Shown: in pieces, positions 51,117 to 63,100 of the stretch
Layout: each line of letters begins with the position of its first letter
How positions within the stretch are numbered: the stretch's first letter is position 1
Assembly (NCBI GenBank): GCA_964016885.1
Contig: OZ024744.1
Location: 496,001 to 560,000, forward strand
From: Eledone cirrhosa
Lineage: Eukaryota
DNA: 64,000 bases
Direction of reading: 5' to 3'
Notes under the pieces: generated by a model
What the model saw: only the letters and a program-made list of their open reading frames with translations
The model's database searches: none
Told to the model about the DNA's origin: nothing
Made by a program: the position numbers and the translations under genes

Positions 51117-54100
51117 TGAAGAACGAAGTTTTGGGGGAAGACAAGGTAGAGAAAGATAGCTTGGTGAAGAACGAAGTTTTGAGGGAAGACAAGGTAGAGA
51201 AAGATAGCTTGGTGAAGAACGAAGTTTTGGGGGAAGTCAAGGTAGAGAAAGATAGCTTGGTGAAGAACGAAGTTTTGGGGGAAGACAAGGTAGAGAAATA
51301 TAGCTTGGTGAAGAACGAAGTTTTGAGGGAAGACAAGATAGAGAAAGATAGCTTGGTGAAGAACGAAGTTTTGAGGGAAGTCAAGGTAGAGAAAGATAGC
51401 TTGGTGAAGAACGACGTTTTGAGGGAAGACAAGGTAGAGAAAGATAGCTTAGTGAAGAACGACGTTTTGGGGGAAGACAAGGTAGAGAAAGATAGCTTGG
51501 TGAAGAACAACGTTTTGGGGGAAGACAAGGTAGAGAAAGATAGCTTGGTGAAGAACGAAGTATTGAGGGAAGACTAGGTAGAGAAAGATAGCTTGATGAA
51601 GAACGAAGTGTTGGGGGAAGACAAGGTAGAGAAAGATAGCTTGCTGAAGAACGAAGTTTTGAGGGACGACAAAGTAGAGAAAGATAGCTTGGTGAAGAAC
51701 GAGGTTTTGGGGAAGACAAGGTAGAGAAAGATAGCTTGATGAAGAACGAAGTTTTGGGGGAAGACAAGGTAGAGAAAGATAGCTTGGTGAAGAACGAAGT
51801 TTTGAGGGAAGACAAGGTAGAGAAAGATAGCTTGGTGAAGAACGAAGTTTTGGGGGAAGACAAGGTAGAGAAAGATAGCTTGGTGAAGAACGAAGTTTTG
51901 AGGGAAGACAAGGTAGAGAAAGATAGCTTGATGAAGAACGAAGTTTTGGGGGAAGACAAGGTAGAGAAAGATAGCTTGGTGAAGAACGAAGTTTTGATGG
52001 AAGACAAGGTAGAGAAAGATAGCTTGGTGAAGAACGAAGTTTTGGGGGAAGACAAGGTAGAGAAAGATAGCTTGGTGAAGAACGAAGTTTTGAGGGAAGA
52101 CAAGGTAGAGAAAGATAGCTTGGTGAAGAACGACGTTTTGGGGGAAGACAAGGTAGAGAAAGATAGCTTGGTGAAGAACAACGTTTTGGGGGAAGACAAG
52201 GTAGAGAAAGATAGCTTGGTGAAGAACGAAGTATTGAGGGAAGACTATGTAGAGAATGATAGTTGGTGAAGAACGAAGTTTTGAGGGAAGACAAGGTAGA
52301 GAAAGATAGCTTGGTGAAGAACGACGTTTTGAGGGAAGACAAGGTAGAGAAAGATAGCTTGGTGAAGAACGACGTTTTGGGGGAAGAAAGGTAGAGAAAG
52401 ATAGCTTGGTGAAGAACAAAGTTTTGGGGGAAGACAAGGTAGAGAAAGATAGCTTGGTGAAGAACGAAGTATTGAGGGAAGACTCGGTAGAGAAAGATAG
52501 CTTGGTGAAGAACGAAGTTTTGAGGGAAGACAAGGTAGAGAAAGATAGCTTGTGAAGAACGAGGTTTTGAGGGAAGACAAGGTAGAGAAAGATAGCTTGG
52601 TGAAGAACGACGTTTTGGGGGAAGAGAGGTAGAGAAAGATAGCTTGGTGAAGAACAAAGTTTTGGGGGAAGACAAGGTAGAGAAAGATAGCTTGGTGAAG
52701 AACGAAGTATTGAGGGAAGACTCGGTAGAGAAAGATAGCTTGGTGAAGAACGAAGTTTTGGGGAAGACAAGGTAGAGAAAGATAGCTTGATGAAGAACGA
52801 AGTTTTGGGGGAAGACAAGGTAGAGAAAGATAGCTTGGTGAAGAACGAAGTTTTGATGGAAGACAAGGTAGAGAAAGATAGCTTGGTGAAGAACGAAGTT
52901 TTGGGGGAAGACAAGGTAGAGAAAGATAGCTTGGTGAAGAACGAAGTTTTGAGGGAAGACAAGGTAGAGAAAGATAGCTTGGTGAAGAACGAAGTTTTGG
53001 GGGAAGTCAAGGTAGAGAAAGATAGCTTGGTGAAGAACGAAGTTTTGGGGGAAGACAAGGTAGAGAAATATAGCTTGGTGAAGAACGAAGTTTTGAGGGA
53101 AGACAAGATAGAGAAAGATAGCTTGGTGAAGAACGAAGTTTTGAGGGAAGTCAAGGTAGAGAAAGATAGCTTGGTGAAGAACGACGTTTTGAGGGAAGAC
53201 AAGGTAGAGAAAGATAGCTTAGTGAAGAACGACGTTTTGGGGGAAGACAAGGTAGAGAAAGATAGCTTGGTGAAGAACAACGTTTTGGGGGAAGACAAGG
53301 TAGAGAAAGATAGCTTGGTGAAGAACGAAGTATTGAGGGAAGACTAGGTAGAGAAAGATAGCTTGATGAAGAACGAAGTGTTGGGGGAAGACAAGGTAGA
53401 GAAAGATAGCTTGCTGAAGAACGAAGTTTTGAGGGACGACAAAGTAGAGAAAGATAGCTTGGTGAAGAACGAGGTTTTGGGGAAGACAAGGTAGAGAAAG
53501 ATAGCTTGATGAAGAACGAAGTTTTGGGGGAAGACAAGGTAGAGAAAGATAGCTTGGTGAAGAACGAAGTTTTGAGGGAAGACAAGGTAGAGAAAGATAG
53601 CTTGGTGAAGAACGAAGTTTTGGGGGAAGACAAGGTAGAGAAAGATAGCTTGGTGAAGAACGAAGTTTTGAGGGAAGACAAGGTAGAGAAAGATAGCTTG
53701 ATGAAGAACGAAGTTTTGGGGGAAGACAAGGTAGAGAAAGATAGCTTGGTGAAGAACGAAGTTTTGATGGAAGACAAGGTAGAGAAAGATAGCTTGGTGA
53801 AGAACGAAGTTTTGGGGGAAGACAAGGTAGAGAAAGATAGCTTGGTGAAGAACGAAGTTTTGAGGGAAGACAAGGTAGAGAAAGATAGCTTGGTGAAGAA
53901 CGACGTTTTGGGGGAAGACAAGGTAGAGAAAGATAGCTTGGTGAAGAACAACGTTTTGGGGGAAGACAAGGTAGAGAAAGATAGCTTGGTGAAGAACGAA
54001 GTATTGAGGGAAGACTATGTAGAGAATGATAGTTGGTGAAGAACGAAGTTTTGAGGGAAGACAAGGTAGAGAAAGATAGCTTGGTGAAGAACGACGTTTT

Positions 54101-57100
54101 GAGGGAAGACAAGGTAGAGAAAGATAGCTTGGTGAAGAACGACGTTTTGGGGGAAGAAAGGTAGAGAAAGATAGCTTGGTGAAGAACAAAGTTTTGGGGG
54201 AAGACAAGGTAGAGAAAGATAGCTTGGTGAAGAACGAAGTATTGAGGGAAGACTCGGTAGAGAAAGATAGCTTGGTGAAGAACGAAGTTTTGAGGGAAGA
54301 CAAGGTAGAGAAAGATAGCTTGTGAAGAACGAGGTTTTGAGGGAAGACAAGGTAGAGAAAGATAGCTTGGTGAAGAACGACGTTTTGGGGGAAGAGAGGT
54401 AGAGAAAGATAGCTTGGTGAAGAACAAAGTTTTGGGGGAAGACAAGGTAGAGAAAGATAGCTTGGTGAAGAACGAAGTATTGAGGGAAGACTCGGTAGAG
54501 AAAGATAGCTTGGTGAAGAACGAAGTTTTGGGGAAGACAAGGTAGAGAAAGATAGCTTGATGAAGAACGAAGTTTTGGGGGAAGACAAGGTAGAGAAAGA
54601 TAGCTTGGTGAAGAACGAAGTTTTGATGGAAGACAAGGTAGAGAAAGATAGCTTGGTGAAGAACGAAGTTTTGGGGGAAGACAAGGTAGAGAAAGATAGC
54701 TTGGTGAAGAACGAAGTTTTGAGGGAAGACAAGGTAGAGAAAGATAGCTTGGTGAAGAACGACGTTTTGGGGGAAGAAAGGTAGAGAAAGATAGCTTGGT
54801 GAAGAACAAAGTTTTGGGGGAAGACAAGGTAGAGAAAGATAGCTTGGTGAAGAACGAAGTATTGAGGGAAGACAAGGTAGAGAAAGATAGCTTGGTGAAG
54901 AACGAGGTTTTGAGGGAAGACAAGGTAGAGAAAGATAGCTTGGTGAAGAACGAAGTTTTGGGGAAGACAAGGTAGAGAAAGATAGCTTGGTGAAGAACGA
55001 AGTTTTGGGGGAAGACAAGGTAGAGAAAGATAGCTTGGTGAAGAACGAAGTTTTGAGGGAAGACAAGGTAGAGAAAGATAGCTTGGTGAAGAACGAAGTT
55101 TTGAGGGAAGTCAAGGTAGAGAAAGATAGCTTGGTGAAGAACGACGTTTTGAGGGAAGACAAGGTAGAGAAAGATAGCTTGGTGACGAACGACGTTTTGG
55201 GGGAAGACAAGGTAGAGAAAGATAGCTTGGTGAAGAACAACGTTTTGGGGGAAGACAATGTAGAGAAAGATAGCTTGCTGAAGAACGAAGTTTTGAGGGA
55301 CGATAAAGTAGAGAAAGATAGCTTGGTGAAGAACGAAGTTTTGGGGAAGACAAGGTAGAGAAAGATAGCTTGATGAAGAACGAAGTTTTGGGGGAAGACA
55401 AGGTAGAGAAAGATAGCTTGGTGAAGAACGAAGTTTTGAGGGAAGACAAGGTAGAGAAAGATAGCTTGGTGAAGAACGAAGTTTTGGGGGAAGTCAAGGT
55501 AGAGAAAGATAGCTTGGTGAAGAACGAAGTTTTGGGGGAAGACAAGGTAGAGAAATATAGCTTGGTGAAGAACGAAGTTTTGAGGGAAGACAAGATAGAG
55601 AAAGATAGCTTGGTGAAGAACGAAGTTTTGAGGGAAGTCAAGGTAGAGAAAGATAGCTTGGTGAAGAACGACGTTTTGAGGGAAGACAAGGTAGAGAAAG
55701 ATAGCTTAGTGAAGAACGACGTTTTGGGGGAAGACAAGGTAGAGAGAGATAGCTTGGTGAAGAACAACGTTTTGGGGGAAGACAAGGTAGAGAAAGATAG
55801 CTTGGTGAAGAACGAAGTATTGAGGGAAGACTAGGTAGAGAAAGATAGCTTGATGAAGAACGAAGTGTTGGGGGAAGACAAGGTAGAGAAAGATAGCTTG
55901 CTGAAGAACGAAGTTTTGAGGGACGACAAAGTAGAGAAAGATAGCTTGGTGAAGAACGAGGTTTTGGGGAAGACAAGGTAGAGAAAGATAGCTTGATGAA
56001 GAACGAAGTTTTGGGGGAAGACAAGGTAGAGAAAGATAGCTTGGTGAAGAACGAAGTTTTGAGGGAAGACAAGGTAGAGAAAGATAGCTTGGTGAAGAAC
56101 GAAGTTTTGGGGGAAGACAAGGTAGAGAAAGATAGCTTGGTGAAGAACGAAGTTTTGAGGGAAGACAAGGTAGAGAAAGATAGCTTGATGAAGAACGAAG
56201 TTTTGGGGGAAGACAAGGTAGAGAAAGATAGCTTGGTGAAGAACGAAGTTTTGATGGAAGACAAGGTAGAGAAAGATAGCTTGGCGAAGAACGAAGTTTT
56301 GGGGGAAGACAAGGTAGAGAAAGATAGCTTGGTGAAGAACGAAGTTTTGAGGGAAGACAAGGTAGAGAAAGATAGCTTGGTGAAGAACGACGTTTTGGGG
56401 GAAGAAAGGTAGAGAAAGATAGCTTGGTGAAGAACAAAGTTTTGGGGGAAGACAAGGTAGAGAAAGATAGCTTGGTGAAGAACGAAGTATTGAGGGAAGA
56501 CTCGGTAGAGAAAGATAGCTTGGTGAAGAACGAAGTTTTGAGGGAAGACAAGGTAGAGAAAGATAGCTTGGTGAAGAACGAGGTTTTGAGGGAAGACAAG
56601 GTAGAGAAAGATAGCTTGGTGAAGAACGAAGTTTTGGGGAAGACAAGGTAGAGAAAGATAGCTTGGTGAAGAACGAAGTTTTGGGGGAAGACAAGGTAGA
56701 GAAATATAGCTTGGTGAAGAACGAAGTTTTGAGGGAAGACAAGGTAGAGAAAGATAGCTTGGTGAAGAACGAAGTTTTGAGGGAAGTCAAGGTAGAGAAA
56801 GATAGCTTGGTGAAGAACGACGTTTTGAGGGAAGACAAGGTAGAGAAAGATAGCTTGGTGAAGAACGACGTTTTGGGGGAAGACAAGGTAGAGAAAGATA
56901 GCTTGGTGAAGAACAAGGTTTTGGGGGAAGACAAGGTAGAGAAAGATAGCTTGGTGAAGAACGAAGTTTTGGGGGAAGACAAGGTAGAGAAAGATAGCTT
57001 GGTGAAGAACAAAGTTTTGGGGGAAGACAAGGTAGAGAAAGATAGCTTGGTGAAGAACGAAGTATTGAGGGAAGACTCGGTAGAGAAAGATAGCTTGGTG

Positions 57101-60100
57101 AAGAACGAAGTTTTGAGGGAAGACAAGGTAGAGAAATATAGCTTGGTGAAGAACAACGTTTTGGGGGAAGACAAGGTAGAGAAAGATAGCTTGGTGAAGA
57201 ACGAAGTATTGAGGGAAGACTAGGTAGAGAAAGATAGCTTGATGAAGAACGAAGTGTTGGGGGAAGACAAGGTAGAGAAAGATAGCTTGCTGAAGAACGA
57301 AGTTTTGAGGGACGACAAAGTAGAGAAAGATAGCATGGTGAAGAACGAAGTTTTGGGGAAGACAAGGTAGAGAAAGATAGCTTGATGAAGAACGAAGTTT
57401 TGGGGGAAGACAAGGTAGAGAAAGATAGCTTGGTGAAGAACGAAGTTTTGATGGAAGACAAGGTAGAGAAAGATAGCTTGGTGAAGAACGAAGTTTTGGG
57501 GGAAGACAAGGTAGAGAAAGATAGCTTGGTGAAGAACGAAGTTTTGAGGGAAGACAAGGTAGAGAAAGATAGCTTGGTGAAGAACGACGTTTTGGGGGAA
57601 GAAAGGTAGAGAAAGATAGCTTGGTGAAGAACAAAGTTTTGGGGGAAGACAAGGTAGAGAAAGATAGCTTGGTGAAGAACGAAGTATTGAGGGAAGACTC
57701 GGTAGAGAAAGATAGCTTGGTGAAGAACGAAGTATTGAGGGAAGACTAGGTAGAGAAAGATAGCTTGATGAAGAACGAAGTGTTGGGGGAAGACAAGGTA
57801 GAGAAAGATAGCTTGCTGAAGAACGAAGTTTTGAGGGACGACAAAGTAGAGAAAGATAGCTTGGTGAAGAACGAGGTTTTGGGGAAGACAAGGTAGAGAA
57901 AGATAGCTTGATGAAGAACGAAGTTTTGGGGGAAGACAAGGTAGAGAAAGATAGCTTGGTGAAGAACGAAGTTTTGAGGGAAGACAAGGTAGAGAAAGAT
58001 AGCTTGGTGAAGAACGAAGTTTTGGGGGAAGACAAGGTAGAGAAAGATAGCTTGGTGAAGAACGAAGTTTTGAGGGAAGACAAGGTAGAGAAAGATAGCT
58101 TGATGAAGAACGAAGTTTTGGGGGAAGACAAGGTAGAGAAAGATAGCTTGGTGAAGAACGAAGTTTTGATGGAAGACAAGGTAGAGAAAGATAGCTTGGT
58201 GAAGAACGAAGTTTTGGGGGAAGACAAGGTAGAGAAAGATAGCTTGGTGAAGAACGAAGTTTTGAGGGAAGACAAGGTAGAGAAAGATAGCTTGGTGAAG
58301 AACGACGTTTTGGGGGAAGACAAGGTAGAGAAAGATAGCTTGGTGAAGAACAACGTTTTGGGGGAAGACAAGGTAGAGAAAGATAGCTTGGTGAAGAACG
58401 AAGTATTGAGGGAAGACTATGTAGAGAATGATAGTTGGTGAAGAACGAAGTTTTGAGGGAAGACAAGGTAGAGAAAGATAGCTTGGTGAAGAACGACGTT
58501 TTGAGGGAAGACAAGGTAGAGAAAGATAGCTTGTGAAGAACGAGGTTTTGAGGGAAGACAAGGTAGAGAAAGATAGCTTGGTGAAGAACGACGTTTTGGG
58601 GGAAGAGAGGTAGAGAAAGATAGCTTGGTGAAGAACAAAGTTTTGGGGGAAGACAAGGTAGAGAAAGATAGCTTGGTGAAGAACGAAGTATTGAGGGAAG
58701 ACTCGGTAGAGAAAGATAGCTTGGTGAAGAACGAAGTTTTGGGGAAGACAAGGTAGAGAAAGATAGCTTGATGAAGAACGAAGTTTTGGGGGAAGACAAG
58801 GTAGAGAAAGATAGCTTGGTGAAGAACGAAGTTTTGATGGAAGACAAGGTAGAGAAAGATAGCTTGGTGAAGAACGAAGTTTTGGGGGAAGACAAGGTAG
58901 AGAAAGATAGCTTGGTGAAGAACGAAGTTTTGAGGGAAGACAAGGTAGAGAAAGATAGCTTGGTGAAGAACGAAGTTTTGGGGGAAGTCAAGGTAGAGAA
59001 AGATAGCTTGGTGAAGAACGAAGTTTTGGGGGAAGACAAGGTAGAGAAATATAGCTTGGTGAAGAACGAAGTTTTGAGGGAAGACAAGATAGAGAAAGAT
59101 AGCTTGGTGAAGAACGAAGTTTTGAGGGAAGTCAAGGTAGAGAAAGATAGCTTGGTGAAGAACGACGTTTTGAGGGAAGACAAGGTAGAGAAAGATAGCT
59201 TAGTGAAGAACGACGTTTTGGGGGAAGACAAGGTAGAGAAAGATAGCTTGGTGAAGAACAACGTTTTGGGGGAAGACAAGGTAGAGAAAGATAGCTTGGT
59301 GAAGAACGAAGTATTGAGGGAAGACTAGGTAGAGAAAGATAGCTTGATGAAGAACGAAGTGTTGGGGGAAGACAAGGTAGAGAAAGATAGCTTGCTGAAG
59401 AACGAAGTTTTGAGGGACGACAAAGTAGAGAAAGATAGCTTGGTGAAGAACGAGGTTTTGGGGAAGACAAGGTAGAGAAAGATAGCTTGATGAAGAACGA
59501 AGTTTTGGGGGAAGACAAGGTAGAGAAAGATAGCTTGGTGAAGAACGAAGTTTTGAGGGAAGACAAGGTAGAGAAAGATAGCTTGGTGAAGAACGAAGTT
59601 TTGGGGGAAGACAAGGTAGAGAAAGATAGCTTGGTGAAGAACGAAGTTTTGAGGGAAGACAAGGTAGAGAAAGATAGCTTGATGAAGAACGAAGTTTTGG
59701 GGGAAGACAAGGTAGAGAAAGATAGCTTGGTGAAGAACGAAGTTTTGATGGAAGACAAGGTAGAGAAAGATAGCTTGGTGAAGAACGAAGTTTTGGGGGA
59801 AGACAAGGTAGAGAAAGATAGCTTGGTGAAGAACGAAGTTTTGAGGGAAGACAAGGTAGAGAAAGATAGCTTGGTGAAGAACGACGTTTTGGGGGAAGAC
59901 AAGGTAGAGAAAGATAGCTTGGTGAAGAACAACGTTTTGGGGGAAGACAAGGTAGAGAAAGATAGCTTGGTGAAGAACGAAGTATTGAGGGAAGACTATG
60001 TAGAGAATGATAGTTGGTGAAGAACGAAGTTTTGAGGGAAGACAAGGTAGAGAAAGATAGCTTGGTGAAGAACGACGTTTTGAGGGAAGACAAGGTAGAG

Positions 60101-63100
60101 AAAGATAGCTTGGTGAAGAACGACGTTTTGGGGGAAGAAAGGTAGAGAAAGATAGCTTGGTGAAGAACAAAGTTTTGGGGGAAGACAAGGTAGAGAAAGA
60201 TAGCTTGGTGAAGAACGAAGTATTGAGGGAAGACTCGGTAGAGAAAGATAGCTTGGTGAAGAACGAAGTTTTGAGGGAAGACAAGGTAGAGAAAGATAGC
60301 TTGTGAAGAACGAGGTTTTGAGGGAAGACAAGGTAGAGAAAGATAGCTTGGTGAAGAACGACGTTTTGGGGGAAGAGAGGTAGAGAAAGATAGCTTGGTG
60401 AAGAACAAAGTTTTGGGGGAAGACAAGGTAGAGAAAGATAGCTTGGTGAAGAACGAAGTATTGAGGGAAGACTCGGTAGAGAAAGATAGCTTGGTGAAGA
60501 ACGAAGTTTTGGGGAAGACAAGGTAGAGAAAGATAGCTTGATGAAGAACGAAGTTTTGGGGGAAGACAAGGTAGAGAAAGATAGCTTGGTGAAGAACGAA
60601 GTTTTGATGGAAGACAAGGTAGAGAAAGATAGCTTGGTGAAGAACGAAGTTTTGGGGGAAGACAAGGTAGAGAAAGATAGCTTGGTGAAGAACGAAGTTT
60701 TGAGGGAAGACAAGGTAGAGAAAGATAGCTTGGTGAAGAACGACGTTTTGGGGGAAGAAAGGTAGAGAAAGATAGCTTGGTGAAGAACAAAGTTTTGGGG
60801 GAAGACAAGGTAGAGAAAGATAGCTTGGTGAAGAACGAAGTATTGAGGGAAGACTCGGTAGAGAAAGATAGCTTGGTGAAGAACGAAGTTTTGAGGGAAG
60901 ACAAGGTAGAGAAAGATAGCTTGGTGAAGAACGAGGTTTTGAGGGAAGACAAGGTAGAGAAAGATAGCTTGGTGAAGAACGAAGTTTTGGGGAAGACAAG
61001 GTAGAGAAAGATAGCTTGGTGAAGAACGAAGTTTTGGGGGAAGACAAGGTAGAGAAAGATAGCTTGGTGAAGAACGAAGTTTTGAGGGAAGACAAGGTAG
61101 AGAAAGATAGCTTGGTGAAGAACGAAGTTTTGAGGGAAGTCAAGGTAGAGAAAGATAGCTTGGTGAAGAACGACGTTTTGAGGGAAGACAAGGTAGAGAA
61201 AGATAGCTTGGTGACGAACGACGTTTTGGGGGAAGACAAGGTAGAGAAAGATAGCTTGGTGAAGAACGAAGTTTTGAGGGAAGTCAAGGTAGAGAAAGAT
61301 AGCTTGGTGAAGAACGACGTTTTGAGGGAAGTCAAGGTAGAGAAAGATAGCTTGGTGAAGAACGACGTTTTGAGGGAAGACAAGGTAGAGAAAGATAGCT
61401 TAGTGAAGAACGACGTTTTGGGGGAAGACAAGGTAGAGAAAGATAGCTTGGTGAAGAACAACGTTTTGGGGGAAGACAAGGTAGAGAAAGATAGCTTGGT
61501 GAAGAACGAAGTATTGAGGGAAGACTAGGTAGAGAAAGATAGCTTGATGAAGAACGAAGTGTTGGGGGAAGACAAGGTAGAGAAAGATAGCTTGCTGAAG
61601 AACGAAGTTTTGAGGGACGACAAAGTAGAGAAAGATAGCTTGGTGAAGAACGAGGTTTTGGGGAAGACAAGGTAGAGAAAGATAGCTTGATGAAGAACGA
61701 AGTTTTGGGGGAAGACAAGGTAGAGAAAGATAGCTTGGTGAAGAACGAAGTTTTGAGGGAAGACAAGGTAGAGAAAGATAGCTTGGTGAAGAACGAAGTT
61801 TTGGGGGAAGACAAGGTAGAGAAAGATAGCTTGGTGAAGAACGAAGTTTTGAGGGAAGACAAGGTAGAGAAAGATAGCTTGATGAAGAACGAAGTTTTGG
61901 GGGAAGACAAGGTAGAGAAAGATAGCTTGGTGAAGAACGAAGTTTTGATGGAAGACAAGGTAGAGAAAGATAGCTTGGTGAAGAACGAAGTTTTGGGGGA
62001 AGACAAGGTAGAGAAAGATAGCTTGGTGAAGAACGAAGTTTTGAGGGAAGACAAGGTAGAGAAAGATAGCTTGGTGAAGAACGACGTTTTGGGGGAAGAC
62101 AAGGTAGAGAAAGATAGCTTGGTGAAGAACAACGTTTTGGGGGAAGACAAGGTAGAGAAAGATAGCTTGGTGAAGAACGAAGTATTGAGGGAAGACTATG
62201 TAGAGAATGATAGTTGGTGAAGAACGAAGTTTTGAGGGAAGACAAGGTAGAGAAAGATAGCTTGGTGAAGAACGACGTTTTGAGGGAAGACAAGGTAGAG
62301 AAAGATAGCTTGGTGAAGAACGACGTTTTGGGGGAAGAAAGGTAGAGAAAGATAGCTTGGTGAAGAACAAAGTTTTGGGGGAAGACAAGGTAGAGAAAGA
62401 TAGCTTGGTGAAGAACGAAGTATTGAGGGAAGACTCGGTAGAGAAAGATAGCTTGGTGAAGAACGAAGTTTTGAGGGAAGACAAGGTAGAGAAAGATAGC
62501 TTGTGAAGAACGAGGTTTTGAGGGAAGACAAGGTAGAGAAAGATAGCTTGGTGAAGAACGACGTTTTGGGGGAAGAGAGGTAGAGAAAGATAGCTTGGTG
62601 AAGAACAAAGTTTTGGGGGAAGACAAGGTAGAGAAAGATAGCTTGGTGAAGAACGAAGTATTGAGGGAAGACTCGGTAGAGAAAGATAGCTTGGTGAAGA
62701 ACGAAGTTTTGGGGAAGACAAGGTAGAGAAAGATAGCTTGATGAAGAACGAAGTTTTGGGGGAAGACAAGGTAGAGAAAGATAGCTTGGTGAAGAACGAA
62801 GTTTTGATGGAAGACAAGGTAGAGAAAGATAGCTTGGTGAAGAACGAAGTTTTGGGGGAAGACAAGGTAGAGAAAGATAGCTTGGTGAAGAACGAAGTTT
62901 TGAGGGAAGACAAGGTAGAGAAAGATAGCTTGGTGAAGAACGAAGTTTTGGGGGAAGTCAAGGTAGAGAAAGATAGCTTGGTGAAGAACGAAGTTTTGGG
63001 GGAAGACAAGGTAGAGAAATATAGCTTGGTGAAGAACGAAGTTTTGAGGGAAGACAAGATAGAGAAAGATAGCTTGGTGAAGAACGAAGTTTTGAGGGAA

